62,112 nucleotides of DNA, filler included, from 5 parts of 5 records of this genome joined end to end with filler, not necessarily neighbours in it; one strand, 5' to 3'; shown: positions 42,786 to 51,495, counted from the first letter of the whole stretch. Notes: a model not told the origin generated them from the sequence alone. Program-made: numbers and translations.

Positions 42786-43616
42786 TTACGGTTGATTTAG
42801 TTCTTTGATACGGTTCCAGTGAGACACATTCAGATTCAACAGCTTCTCAAGCTCCTGGTTTTTTTCACCATACACCTCCTTGATCAACCATTTGCGAATA
42901 TCGGGATGTAGATCTGGGATATAGGCCCGATTGAAATTCTCGATCCTCATTGCCACTTTCCAAAACCCGGCACGATGGGCAATGATTTGAATGTAGTAGA
43001 GAGATTTCGATTTCGCCATGTATTTTTTGGCCGAAGCGGAATTAATTCGTTCGGCAAGGAAAGGTGCTTGGAACGTTGTATCGATGCCCAAAAAATCTAA
43101 CAACTGATGATACAAACTCTCTGGGGCGGATTGGAGCTCATCGAAAAGGAGGACCAGTATTTGTTCTCTTGTGAATTTCTCCAGATGACGCTTCAGGTGA
43201 TCTACATAATAGCCCGGTACAAGCATAGCGGGTTTGGATCGGATTGCCTGCTCAAATCCCGACAAATCACCTTTCCTGCTGCCTTTGGCTGCGCCTTTTA
43301 TGTAATTGGAGTATAACCGGTCTACGGGATCGCGAAGAATAGCGATGAGTTTGGCGTTCGGAAGCACGTCATGGATGCGCTGACAGACATCCGGTGTGTG
43401 CAGGTAGGCTGGAGTCGCTTCGCCTATGGCTTTATACCCGTTCGCACTTTCAAAAAACGACTGATAGTATTCGATCCCTTTGTCAAAATGTCGATCAAAA
43501 AAATGGAGTTCTTTAATGGACGTTGGCATGAATACCTGAGGGTGCTGGGATAGGTTACGGTGGAGCCATGTTGTACCTGCACGTCGCGCACCGATCACGA
43601 GAAAATTGGGGAGCAT
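42786..43616 (-). CDS. Sulfotransferase
   Basis: PNFLVIGARRAGTTWL, KELHFFD, GEATPAYL, LRDPVDRLYS. Confidence 0.92.
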   Translation of the reverse strand: MLPNFLVIGARRAGTTWLHRNLSQHPQVFMPTSIKELHFFDRHFDKGIEYYQSFFESANGYKAIGEATPAYLHTPDVCQRIHDVLPNAKLIAILRDPVDRLYSNYIKGAAKGSRKGDLSGFEQAIRSKPAMLVPGYYVDHLKRHLEKFTREQILVLLFDELQSAPESLYHQLLDFLGIDTTFQAPFLAERINSASAKKYMAKSKSLYYIQIIAHRAGFWKVAMRIENFNRAYIPDLHPDIRKWLIKEVYGEKNQELEKLLNLNVSHWNRIKELNQP

Positions 43617-43654
43617 GGTCTTATGGACAATCCATCAAGTCTTGGGCGGTTGCA

Positions 43655-44416
43655 TTAATAGTGACTACCGGATGCGAACAATTCCGGTTGAAGTCTGATG
43701 ATTTTTTCGGCCATGAACCGTTCGGTATTTGCCATGGATTCAACGGTGGCCCCTCCGATATGAGGTGTTATGATCAGGTTTTCATGATCTGCGGCATATT
43801 TGACAAGCTTATGCGTTGCCATCCCATCTGCCTTCTCGTTGGAAAGGACATCCAGGGCAGCTCCAGACAGTCGGTTGGATGCAAGAGCAGCCAACAGTGC
43901 CTCTTCATCGATCAATTCACCCCGTGACGTATTGATGATCCAACTACCCGGTTGCATCCGTTGAAAACAACCTGCGTTAAAAAAGCCTTCCGTGGCTTCG
44001 CACAGGTTAACGTGCAGGCTTACAATATCGGACCACTCAAGCAGGTCGTGCAGACCCATCAGCGGCACATCTGCAGGCTCCACCGGTTTAGGGTCAGAGG
44101 CAGCCACGATGCAACCGAAAGCCTGTAGGTAACCGCAGACCAATCGTCCTAGACGCCCGTGCCCGAAGATCCCCACTCGTTTTCCAGCAAGCTCGTTGCC
44201 CTTGAAGCGGTCGCGGTCCCACCCACCCCGCTTCACATGTTCCACCGCCGAGGGAATCCTCCTCATGGCCGCCAGCATGATTCCTATTGTCAGTTCTGCC
44301 GTAGCACGAACGTTTCGTAGAAATTCGGTTTCTCCACGTAGTGAAACGACTTCAATTCCCCGTTTTACAGCCTCGGGAATATCGATATGATTCAAACCCG
44401 TTGTCGGGCTGACGAT
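43655..44416 (-). CDS. D-isomer-specific 2-hydroxyacid dehydrogenase (5' truncated)
   Basis: TTGLNHID, GHGRLG, INTSRGE, AALDV, TPHIGGAT. Confidence 0.9.
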   Translation of the reverse strand: MVSPTTGLNHIDIPEAVKRGIEVVSLRGETEFLRNVRATAELTIGIMLAAMRRIPSAVEHVKRGGWDRDRFKGNELAGKRVGIFGHGRLGRLVCGYLQAFGCIVAASDPKPVEPADVPLMGLHDLLEWSDIVSLHVNLCEATEGFFNAGCFQRMQPGSWIINTSRGELIDEEALLAALASNRLSGAALDVLSNEKADGMATHKLVKYAADHENLIITPHIGGATVESMANTERFMAEKIIRLQPELFASGSHY

Positions 44417-44516
44417 NNNNNNNNNNNNNNNNNNNNNNNNNNNNNNNNNNNNNNNNNNNNTTAATTAATTAANNNNNNNNNNNNNNNNNNNNNNNNNNNN
44501 NNNNNNNNNNNNNNNN
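44417..44516. other. Artificial contig spacer
   Basis: N run with TTAATTAATTAA. Confidence 0.98.
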
Positions 44517-44651
44517 CGCAGTAATTAAGTTGATTAATAGAATTTATTGCATTCCCAATTTTGGATGTAATTTCTGAAAATAGCGACCGCCCCCTGCAAT
44601 CAGTATTGCGAAGTGCCGACAATGAATTTGCATCGGCCTTGTCGGCTTTGA

Positions 44652-45557
44652 TCAGTTGGATGTTTCGCTTGCCGGCTTGGGCCGCCCGGCCGGAATATCG
44701 CGGCCGAACAGCCGCGAGGCGTTGCCATAGGCAATCTTTTCGGCCGTGTCGCGCGGCAGCAAGGCGAGCCAGCGGCGGTTCAGCGCGATCAGCCCTTCGT
44801 AATTGTCCCACTGCGCGTTGACCCAGGTGTCGGTGCCGACCATCAGCTTATCGGCATGGCGCTCGATCACCGCCCGCCAGGCCGGATCGAGGCCGTCGGC
44901 ACCGCCCAGAATATCGTTCTCGCGGAACGAGGTGTCGGCGTAGAGGGTCGCATAGGCGTCCATCATTTCACCGACGACGGCGGCCGGTTCGCCCATGCCG
45001 GCATGGGCCCAGATGATCGTCAGGGCCGGTTCCAATTCAAAAAAGAAGCGCACCGGCTCGGCGCTGGAATGGATGTGCACGGGGACGTTCCTGGATACGG
45101 CCATTTCCGCCACCGCGGCCAACAGCGGCCGATCGTCCGGATCGAGGTTGTGGATATGGAACTCGCCCAATCCTTCGTGCGGATAGCGGGCCAGGCGGTC
45201 ATTCAAATACGCTTCCATGCCGTCGGCCTTGGTCCAGTTGCCGGACCCGGCATCGCCGTGATAGGGGCGCAGTTCGGGCACGATGCGGTCCGGCGCGTAT
45301 TCCCACAGCCGAATGGTGCCGTCGTCCGGGGTCGAGGAAACCAGGGCCATCGCGACGCCGCTACGATCCATCAGTTCGATGACAGTCTCGACCGGATAGG
45401 GTCCCCTGGCCGGCCGTTTGTAGTGCATGTGGGCGTCGAAGATGGGAACGTCTTCGATCGCCGCCCCGATGGGGGGCGCTTCGTCGGCGATGGCGACCGA
45501 CAGAGCAAACGCACAGAAGGCCGCCGCGACGGCAAGATATCGGACCGATTGAACCAT
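44652..45557 (-). CDS. Secreted amidohydrolase-family protein
   Basis: Signal peptide; IFDAHMHY, GLGEFH, HIH, IWAHAG, MVGTDTW, KIAYGNA. Confidence 0.85.
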   Translation of the reverse strand: MVQSVRYLAVAAAFCAFALSVAIADEAPPIGAAIEDVPIFDAHMHYKRPARGPYPVETVIELMDRSGVAMALVSSTPDDGTIRLWEYAPDRIVPELRPYHGDAGSGNWTKADGMEAYLNDRLARYPHEGLGEFHIHNLDPDDRPLLAAVAEMAVSRNVPVHIHSSAEPVRFFFELEPALTIIWAHAGMGEPAAVVGEMMDAYATLYADTSFRENDILGGADGLDPAWRAVIERHADKLMVGTDTWVNAQWDNYEGLIALNRRWLALLPRDTAEKIAYGNASRLFGRDIPAGRPKPASETSN

Positions 45558-45586
45558 AAGCGCTCCCTCTCCGTCGTCGCTGATCG

Positions 45587-46495
45587 TCAAGTGTGTTTGA
45601 TGAAGCTGCCGTCGTTGAGTTCGGCAATAGCCTGGCGCAGTTCGTCTTTGGTGTTCATAACGATGGGGCCGTGCCAGGCGACCGGTTCCTCGATCGGTTT
45701 GCCCGAGACCAGCAGGAAACGGATGCCTTCCTCGCCGGCCTGCACGGTGATTTCGTCGCCGCGGTCGAACAGCACCAGGGAGCGGTTGCCGGTGGTCTCG
45801 CGGACCAGGGTTTCGGCACCGTTTACCTCTTTCTCGGTGAGAACGCCGAAGGGCGCCGAAGCGTCACGGAAATTTCCCGATCCGGCAAACACATAGGCGA
45901 AGCCGTGCCGGCCGGTTTCGACCGGCAACGTCTTGCGCTTATTCGGCGGCACCGATACGTCGAGGTAGCGCGGATCGGCGGCGATGCCGTCGACGGGGCC
46001 GGACTTGCCCCAGAAATCGCCGCAGATGATGCGCACCGTCGTGCCGTCGTCATCGATGATTTCCGGGATTTCGGCCGCCGGCACATCCTGATAGCGCGGC
46101 TTCGTCATCTTCAGCGAAGACGGCAGGTTGGCCCACAACTGGAAGCCGTGCATGCGCCCGGCAGCGTCGCCCTTCGGCATTTCCTGGTGCATGATGCCGC
46201 TGCCGGCGGTCATCCACTGCACGTCGCCGGCGCCGAGCGCGCCCGCATTACCGAGGCTGTCACCATGAGCCACCGTGCCGGCCAGAACGTAGGTAATGGT
46301 TTCGATGCCGCGATGCGGGTGCCAGGGAAAGCCGGCCAGATATTCTTCGGGCCGATCGTTGCGGAAATCGTCGAACAGCAGGAACGGATCTGTTTCAGCC
46401 GTTTCGCCGAAGCCGAAGGCGCGGCGCAGGTGAACACCGGCCCCTTCGAGCGTCGGCCGGGATTCGACGATGCGTTTGACCGGGCGGATGGACAT
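45587..46495 (-). CDS. Pirin-family protein
   Basis: DPFLLFD, GFPWHPHRGIETITY, WMTAGSGIMHQE, QLWANLP, GPIVMN. Confidence 0.95.
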   Translation of the reverse strand: MSIRPVKRIVESRPTLEGAGVHLRRAFGFGETAETDPFLLFDDFRNDRPEEYLAGFPWHPHRGIETITYVLAGTVAHGDSLGNAGALGAGDVQWMTAGSGIMHQEMPKGDAAGRMHGFQLWANLPSSLKMTKPRYQDVPAAEIPEIIDDDGTTVRIICGDFWGKSGPVDGIAADPRYLDVSVPPNKRKTLPVETGRHGFAYVFAGSGNFRDASAPFGVLTEKEVNGAETLVRETTGNRSLVLFDRGDEITVQAGEEGIRFLLVSGKPIEEPVAWHGPIVMNTKDELRQAIAELNDGSFIKHT

Positions 46496-46573
46496 GGCGG
46501 GCTCCCACAGAGTTGGCGGACGCCCTGCATGTGGGAAGCGGCCCGCGAAGTGTCCAGTCCGCCGCCCTCGACC

Positions 46574-47476
46574 TCAGAACAGCAGCAGGGTCAGGATGCC
46601 GCCGACGACCAGGACGATACCGGTAAATTCGACCGGCGTCGTTTTTTCCCGGAAAAAAAGCGCCGAGGCGGCGAAGGTGAAGACCAGCTCGATCTGGCCC
46701 AAGGCCCGCACATAGGCCGCATTTTGCAGGGTCATGGCGGTGAACCAGCAGGCCGAGCCGATCATGCTGGTCACGCCAACCCAAACCGTCCAGCGCCATT
46801 CCCGAAAGACCGCCGTAATCTGGGCCCGGTCGGTCATCGCCAGATAAACCGTCATGACGATGGTCTGGAAGACCAGCACGCAAACCAGGGTAAGACCGGC
46901 GCGCTCGGCAATTCCGCCGGTACCCAGCGCCAGCGCGGCGCCGCGATAGCAGACCGCGGCAATGCCGAACAGGCCGCCCGAGGCGAGCCCGATCAGGGCC
47001 GGTTTTTCGGCGATGCCCGACAGCATGCCCCGGATCGATCCGTCGGTTTTCACCGCCGAGATCGCCATCACCCCGGCCAGGCTGATGACGATGCCGAGGC
47101 TTGCCGTCGGGCTCGGGAACTCGCCCAGCAGGACCATGCCGACCAGAACGGTCTGCACGGTCTCCGTCTTCGAATACGTCGTACCGACGGCGAAATTGCG
47201 GAAATCGAAGGTCCGCAACAAAAGAAACGTCGCCACGACCTGAGCCAGCCCGCCGACGAGGCCGTACAGCGCGAAGACCCCGTTCGGCCGCGGCAGGGGC
47301 GCCGGCCCAAGGGACGAAATCAGCCACAGGTAGGCAACCGCGAACGGCAAGCCCAACGCGAAGCGGGCGTAGGTGGCGCCCATCGTGTTCAGCCGGCCGG
47401 TCAGGTGTTTTTGCAGGGCGGTGCGCAGGTTCTGCGTGAACGCGGCCAGGATGGTAATCGGTATCCACAGTTCGAT
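46574..47476 (-). CDS. DMT/EamA-family transporter; apparent non-AUG (ATC) start
   Basis: Frame extends 31 codons upstream of the tracked ATG as (I)ELWIPITILAAFTQNLRTALQKHL; GGGAG 9 nt upstream, then an in-frame TAA. Confidence 0.8.
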   Translation of the reverse strand: MELWIPITILAAFTQNLRTALQKHLTGRLNTMGATYARFALGLPFAVAYLWLISSLGPAPLPRPNGVFALYGLVGGLAQVVATFLLLRTFDFRNFAVGTTYSKTETVQTVLVGMVLLGEFPSPTASLGIVISLAGVMAISAVKTDGSIRGMLSGIAEKPALIGLASGGLFGIAAVCYRGAALALGTGGIAERAGLTLVCVLVFQTIVMTVYLAMTDRAQITAVFREWRWTVWVGVTSMIGSACWFTAMTLQNAAYVRALGQIELVFTFAASALFFREKTTPVEFTGIVLVVGGILTLLLF

Positions 47477-48021
47477 CGGACGATACTCCCGTTAAGCATT
47501 CCCGCCGAAGGCTTCCCTATTCCGGGGAATTGCCGGGGCGGCATAGTCGATTAACCTAAAACGACGCCTGATTACAAAGGGATCGTTGAGTTTTCCCCAG
47601 GGTCAAACCGGCCGCGCCGGTTGGATGCCCGAACGCCGGCGTTCAAAAATGACGATTTTCCGGCCTCGCGGATTTGCGCCAAGTTCTTGATAACAAAGGC
47701 CGATCCGAAATCTCCACGAACGATTTATCGTCATTCATCGTCCCTGATCGTCATTTTGCCGATTTTGCCTTTGTTTTCAGGGCCGTAGCCGCCCGGAAAA
47801 ACCGCCTGTATGGCCGCCCCGGTTTCGGCAGACCGACAACGCCGCCCCGCCCGGGAGCAAAAGGGGAATACTATCCTATTTGCCGCAAAAAGTCAATATT
47901 TTTGAAGCGAGAGCGTCGTTTGCCAAAAGTATAAAAAATATCGCCAGCACAGCTTTTCATTGTATGGCGATTCATTGATAGTTTAATCTCCGCTTTGAAC
48001 GGTTTGGGGGAAGCCATTCAA

Positions 48022-49566
48022 ATGGGAACAATACCGCACACAATATTCATCGCTTACGCACATCAAGATTGGAGATTGGAACAGAAAACTTCCACGCAAT
48101 TACGCGTGTTAGAATCCTGCTCTAACATTGATGTTTGGAGTGACAGAGATATAGGCGGTGGCGAAAATTGGCTTAGAGAAATTGAGGATGCGATTTCACG
48201 AGCACGCGTGGCCATCCTTCTTGTATCTTCAGATTTTCTGACCTCGGACTTTATTACACGTGAAGAAGTCCCTGCGCTTTTGGCGCGGGAATCGAAAGAC
48301 GGTCTCCCCATTATTCCAGTCCTTATTGAAGACTGCGCGTGGAAACATGTTCCATGGTTAAAGAAGATGCAAATTCGCCCAAGCGGGGCCAAGCCAATTG
48401 CAAATTATTCCCGCGCCAACCGCAACACACAGTTGGCAGCTATCGTTGATGAAGTAGCAAAATTGTTGGAGAAGACTGCTCCTAAAGCTACGGCGACCGC
48501 AGAGACGGTCGCAGACATCCCAAGACATAGAACACCATCCAAAACAGTAGAGCGCATAAGCACACTTCCAGTTGGCGGATTGGCCCTTCCTTGTTTTTTC
48601 CCTTCTGTCTCAGGCGCCGCTAAAAGCAACTTTTCGCCCCTCGCACATCTTGAGATTCTTGTTCGACTGAAGCATCCGTGTTTTTTGACCTCTGCATACG
48701 ACTTCGTGAAAGTTAGCCGGAGTGAAAGAATTCACCGGGATGATCGGTTGAAGATGCTGTCCTTGATTAACGAAGCTTCTGTGAATGGTCAGGTGGTTTT
48801 GCTTGATTCGGGATTGTATGAGCGAAAATGGCTGCACGATAGTACGTGGGCTCGGCAAAGCTTTCATGCGGCTCTTGCTGGCATTCGTTGCCATCTGGGC
48901 TTTTTCTTCGATAACGTGAAAAATAAGCCATCATCGTCTCTTCGGGAAAGCGCAGCGGCGATCAACAACAAAGTACGTAGTGATCGACGCTCGGCTGATC
49001 TCGAGGCTCTTTTCCCAATAGTCCACCCAAGAATAGCTGGCGAGCCTGATTCATTACCGGAACTGTGTAAATTGGTCGCTTTTGATCTGGACAGCGACAT
49101 TATTGCGGTTGCCGAGAGAGAATTGGGAAATGGCATATTGGAAGGTGTGAAAACAATGCTTTCCATCCGCCGTGCCCTAAATGAAACAGGCCGATATCGG
49201 ATAATTCATGTGCTTGGCACAGGGAACCCGCTATCTATTTTAATATATGCATCATGCGGCGCAGACAGTTTTGACGGGCTGGATTGGTGTCAGACCGTTG
49301 TGAACTATGAAGACAAGCGTCTTTACCACAATTTGCAGATTGACTTCTTCAGGGATCAGTCAGGCTATGCAGAAGCCATAGAACTCGGCCATCCAACCCG
49401 TATGTTGGGCCACAACCTTCTTTTCTATCGGGAATGGATGAGTCGAATTCAAAATCATATAGCTTCGGGGACCCTGTCTGAGTTGTTAAGAGAAGTGCTC
49501 CCAACACAGTTCTGTGACGATTTCCTCAAGTTATTGGATAGTACGAACACAGGGGGTAGGACGTGA
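48022..49566 (+). CDS. TIR domain fused to a tRNA-guanine transglycosylase (TGT/Cap10-like) barrel
   Basis: N-term IFIAYAHQD...VWSDRDIGGGENW...AILLVSSDFLTSDFITREE (TIR_2-like); low-complexity linker; C-term VLLDSGLYE, IIHVLGTGNP, GADSFDG (TGT-fold motifs). Confidence 0.8.
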   Translation: MGTIPHTIFIAYAHQDWRLEQKTSTQLRVLESCSNIDVWSDRDIGGGENWLREIEDAISRARVAILLVSSDFLTSDFITREEVPALLARESKDGLPIIPVLIEDCAWKHVPWLKKMQIRPSGAKPIANYSRANRNTQLAAIVDEVAKLLEKTAPKATATAETVADIPRHRTPSKTVERISTLPVGGLALPCFFPSVSGAAKSNFSPLAHLEILVRLKHPCFLTSAYDFVKVSRSERIHRDDRLKMLSLINEASVNGQVVLLDSGLYERKWLHDSTWARQSFHAALAGIRCHLGFFFDNVKNKPSSSLRESAAAINNKVRSDRRSADLEALFPIVHPRIAGEPDSLPELCKLVAFDLDSDIIAVAERELGNGILEGVKTMLSIRRALNETGRYRIIHVLGTGNPLSILIYASCGADSFDGLDWCQTVVNYEDKRLYHNLQIDFFRDQSGYAEAIELGHPTRMLGHNLLFYREWMSRIQNHIASGTLSELLREVLPTQFCDDFLKLLDSTNTGGRT

Positions 49567-50264
49567 CTTTAGATAGAATTGAGGCTGCGGTCATCGCTGT
49601 TTGCCAAGAGATACTCTCTCAGATGTCCGAGGCAACGGATTGGATCGAACGCACCGAAAAGGATTTGTTTCGAGAAGTTGTGGCATCCATCCTCGGCAGC
49701 CAAGTTTCTTTCGAAATGGCCCTAGCGGCAACTGATGCTCTCGAGGCAGATGGGTTGCTGAGTTATTCCGGAGATAGAGAAGAGTACACAAAACGCGTAA
49801 CGCAAATTCTAATTCAGCCTCTATATCAACCTGAGTGGCAACGAAGTCGACGTTACCGTTTCCCAAAAGCACGTGGTGAAGCTATCGCAAATACGGCAGC
49901 AACTTTTTATGAGAACAGTGGAACAATTAAGGGCTTTCTCGATCAATATAATGACCCGCTTTCGGCACGGCGCCACTTCGTTGAACAGGCGAAGGGGATA
50001 GGTCCTAAGCAAGCAAGTATGGTTCTGCGAAACATTGGTTTTTCTCACGATTTGGCAATTCTAGATGTGCATTTATTGCGGTTCATGAAAATCTGTGGCT
50101 TGCGAAGAACTTCATCATCCGTTTCAACATTGAAGAATTATGAAAAAACTGAAAGGGATTTTTCGGCTTATTCAAGTGAAACAGGGTGGCCGATGGGAAT
50201 ACTTGATCAAGCTGTTTGGGTGGTCATGCGGGTTTATCAGCGGGAAGTTCGATGGGCATCGTAA
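49563..50264 (+). CDS. HhH-family 8-oxoguanine DNA glycosylase/lyase-like protein (Cap11-like)
   Basis: YRFP, KGIGPKQASMVLRNIG (HhH with Lys), LAILDVHLLRF (Asp), LDQAVW; GTGA overlap with upstream gene. Confidence 0.82.
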   Translation: MTLDRIEAAVIAVCQEILSQMSEATDWIERTEKDLFREVVASILGSQVSFEMALAATDALEADGLLSYSGDREEYTKRVTQILIQPLYQPEWQRSRRYRFPKARGEAIANTAATFYENSGTIKGFLDQYNDPLSARRHFVEQAKGIGPKQASMVLRNIGFSHDLAILDVHLLRFMKICGLRRTSSSVSTLKNYEKTERDFSAYSSETGWPMGILDQAVWVVMRVYQREVRWAS

Positions 50265-50848
50265 TACTTTCGTCAGGTGGACTTGACTCGAGCTTGGTTG
50301 CTCTTATGGCAGCAGAGGAGGGAATCACCCAATATCCACTCTTTGTTAATTACGGCCAGATCAACAAAAACAAAGAGTGGAATGCCTGTCTGCACGTGCA
50401 CCAAACCCACAACCTGCCCAAACCAGAGCAAGTAGATTTATCGGGATGGGGCAAGACTTTTCCGTCCGGTCTAACCGATACCTCGAGGGATGTCGTCTAT
50501 GAGGCATTTCTTCCAAATCGGAACCTTTTGTTTCTCTTGGCAGGTAGTGCATATGCTCATCAGCGAGAGGCAAACGCCGTTGCGATTGGGTTGCTAAATG
50601 ACGCCAGACATCTTTTCCCTGACCAAACTCAAGAGTTTGTCGCTCGGGCAGAAGATATGATTGCCTTGTCTCTAGGACGCCGCATTCGGCTTTTGGCTCC
50701 ATTAATCGAGTATTCAAAAGCCGACGTTCTATTGGCGGCTGATCAGAGAGGTTTGATCGGAACCTACTCTTGCCACGCTGGCGGCGATGAAAAATGTGGC
50801 AGGTGCATTTCGTGCATGGAATTTAACATTCAGCAAGATGAGGTGTGA
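50252..50848 (+). CDS. queC: QueC-family 7-cyano-7-deazaguanine synthase-like protein (Cap9-like)
   Basis: SGGLDS PP-loop, NYGQ, PNRNLLFL, FPD, SKAD, TYSCH...CGRCISC Zn site. Confidence 0.92.
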   Translation: MGIVILSSGGLDSSLVALMAAEEGITQYPLFVNYGQINKNKEWNACLHVHQTHNLPKPEQVDLSGWGKTFPSGLTDTSRDVVYEAFLPNRNLLFLLAGSAYAHQREANAVAIGLLNDARHLFPDQTQEFVARAEDMIALSLGRRIRLLAPLIEYSKADVLLAADQRGLIGTYSCHAGGDEKCGRCISCMEFNIQQDEV

Positions 50849-50849
50849 A

Positions 50850-51295
50850 ATGGGCGGCGGCGGAGGCGGAGGCCCATCAAGGGCCAATCTTCAGAAGCTG
50901 GAAGATATTGCAAAGAATAAACTTCGTGAATCCGGCGGAGAATCTCGACGAAATGTTTTCATTAGTTTTGCGTACGAAGATCTTGCAGACGTAAATCTCT
51001 TGCGCGGTCAATCGAAGAACAAAAACAGTGACATTGAATTTAACGATTGGTCGCTTCGTGAGCCGTTTGATAGTAAAAGGGCAGAGTATATTCGCCAAGG
51101 TATCGAAGATCGAATAAGGCAATCATCAGCAACGTTAGTTTATATTTCTGACAAGACAGCTTCGAGCAAATGGGTTAACTGGGAAATAAACAAGAGCATC
51201 GAACTCGGCAAGAGGGTTGTTGCTGTCTATAAAGACGGTTCAAAACCAACTCAAACTTGCCCAGCAATTAAGACTCATGGGATCAAGATGATACC
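50850..51295 (+). CDS. ThsB/DUF1863-like TIR protein with N-terminal poly-Gly (truncated at contig end)
   Basis: GAGGTG RBS then MGGGGGGGPS; RNVFISFAYED, IEDRIRQSSATLVYIS, SKWVNWEI (catalytic Glu). Confidence 0.87.
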
Positions 51296-51395
51296 NNNNN
51301 NNNNNNNNNNNNNNNNNNNNNNNNNNNNNNNNNNNNNNNTTAATTAATTAANNNNNNNNNNNNNNNNNNNNNNNNNNNNNNNNNNNNNNNNNNNN
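51296..51395. other. Artificial contig spacer
   Basis: N run with TTAATTAATTAA. Confidence 0.98.
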
Positions 51396-51495
51396 CCATG
51401 GAGATCAATTTGAGATATTCATGGTATGGAATCACAGCGAAGGCCGGAACCCCGTTTTGTTCAATGATTTGGGCTTTAGTGGTAGGTGTGTTCAT
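51396..51495 (-). CDS. Antitoxin (HigA/XRE-type) N-terminus, truncated by contig edge
   Basis: Manual translation MNTPTTKAQIIEQNGVPAFAVIPYHEYLKLISM; GAGGAGG RBS inside the toxin 3' end. Confidence 0.75.

Noticed and set aside
45593-47554. 653-aa plus-strand ORF (also 44856-45896)
   Set aside because: Antisense shadow of pirin, DMT and amidohydrolase genes in high-GC DNA; no recognisable motifs
48022-50848. Housekeeping queuosine pathway, Dpd DNA-modification system or QatABCD
   Set aside because: No queD/E/F/A, dpdB-K, QatA ATPase or TatD visible; TGT is fused to TIR and flanked by OGG. Genes beyond the contig end cannot be excluded
50787-50849. Tracked upstream start for the ThsB-like TIR
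   Set aside because: Overlaps the QueC Zn-binding C-terminus; ATG 50850 has an RBS and follows the QueC stop directly
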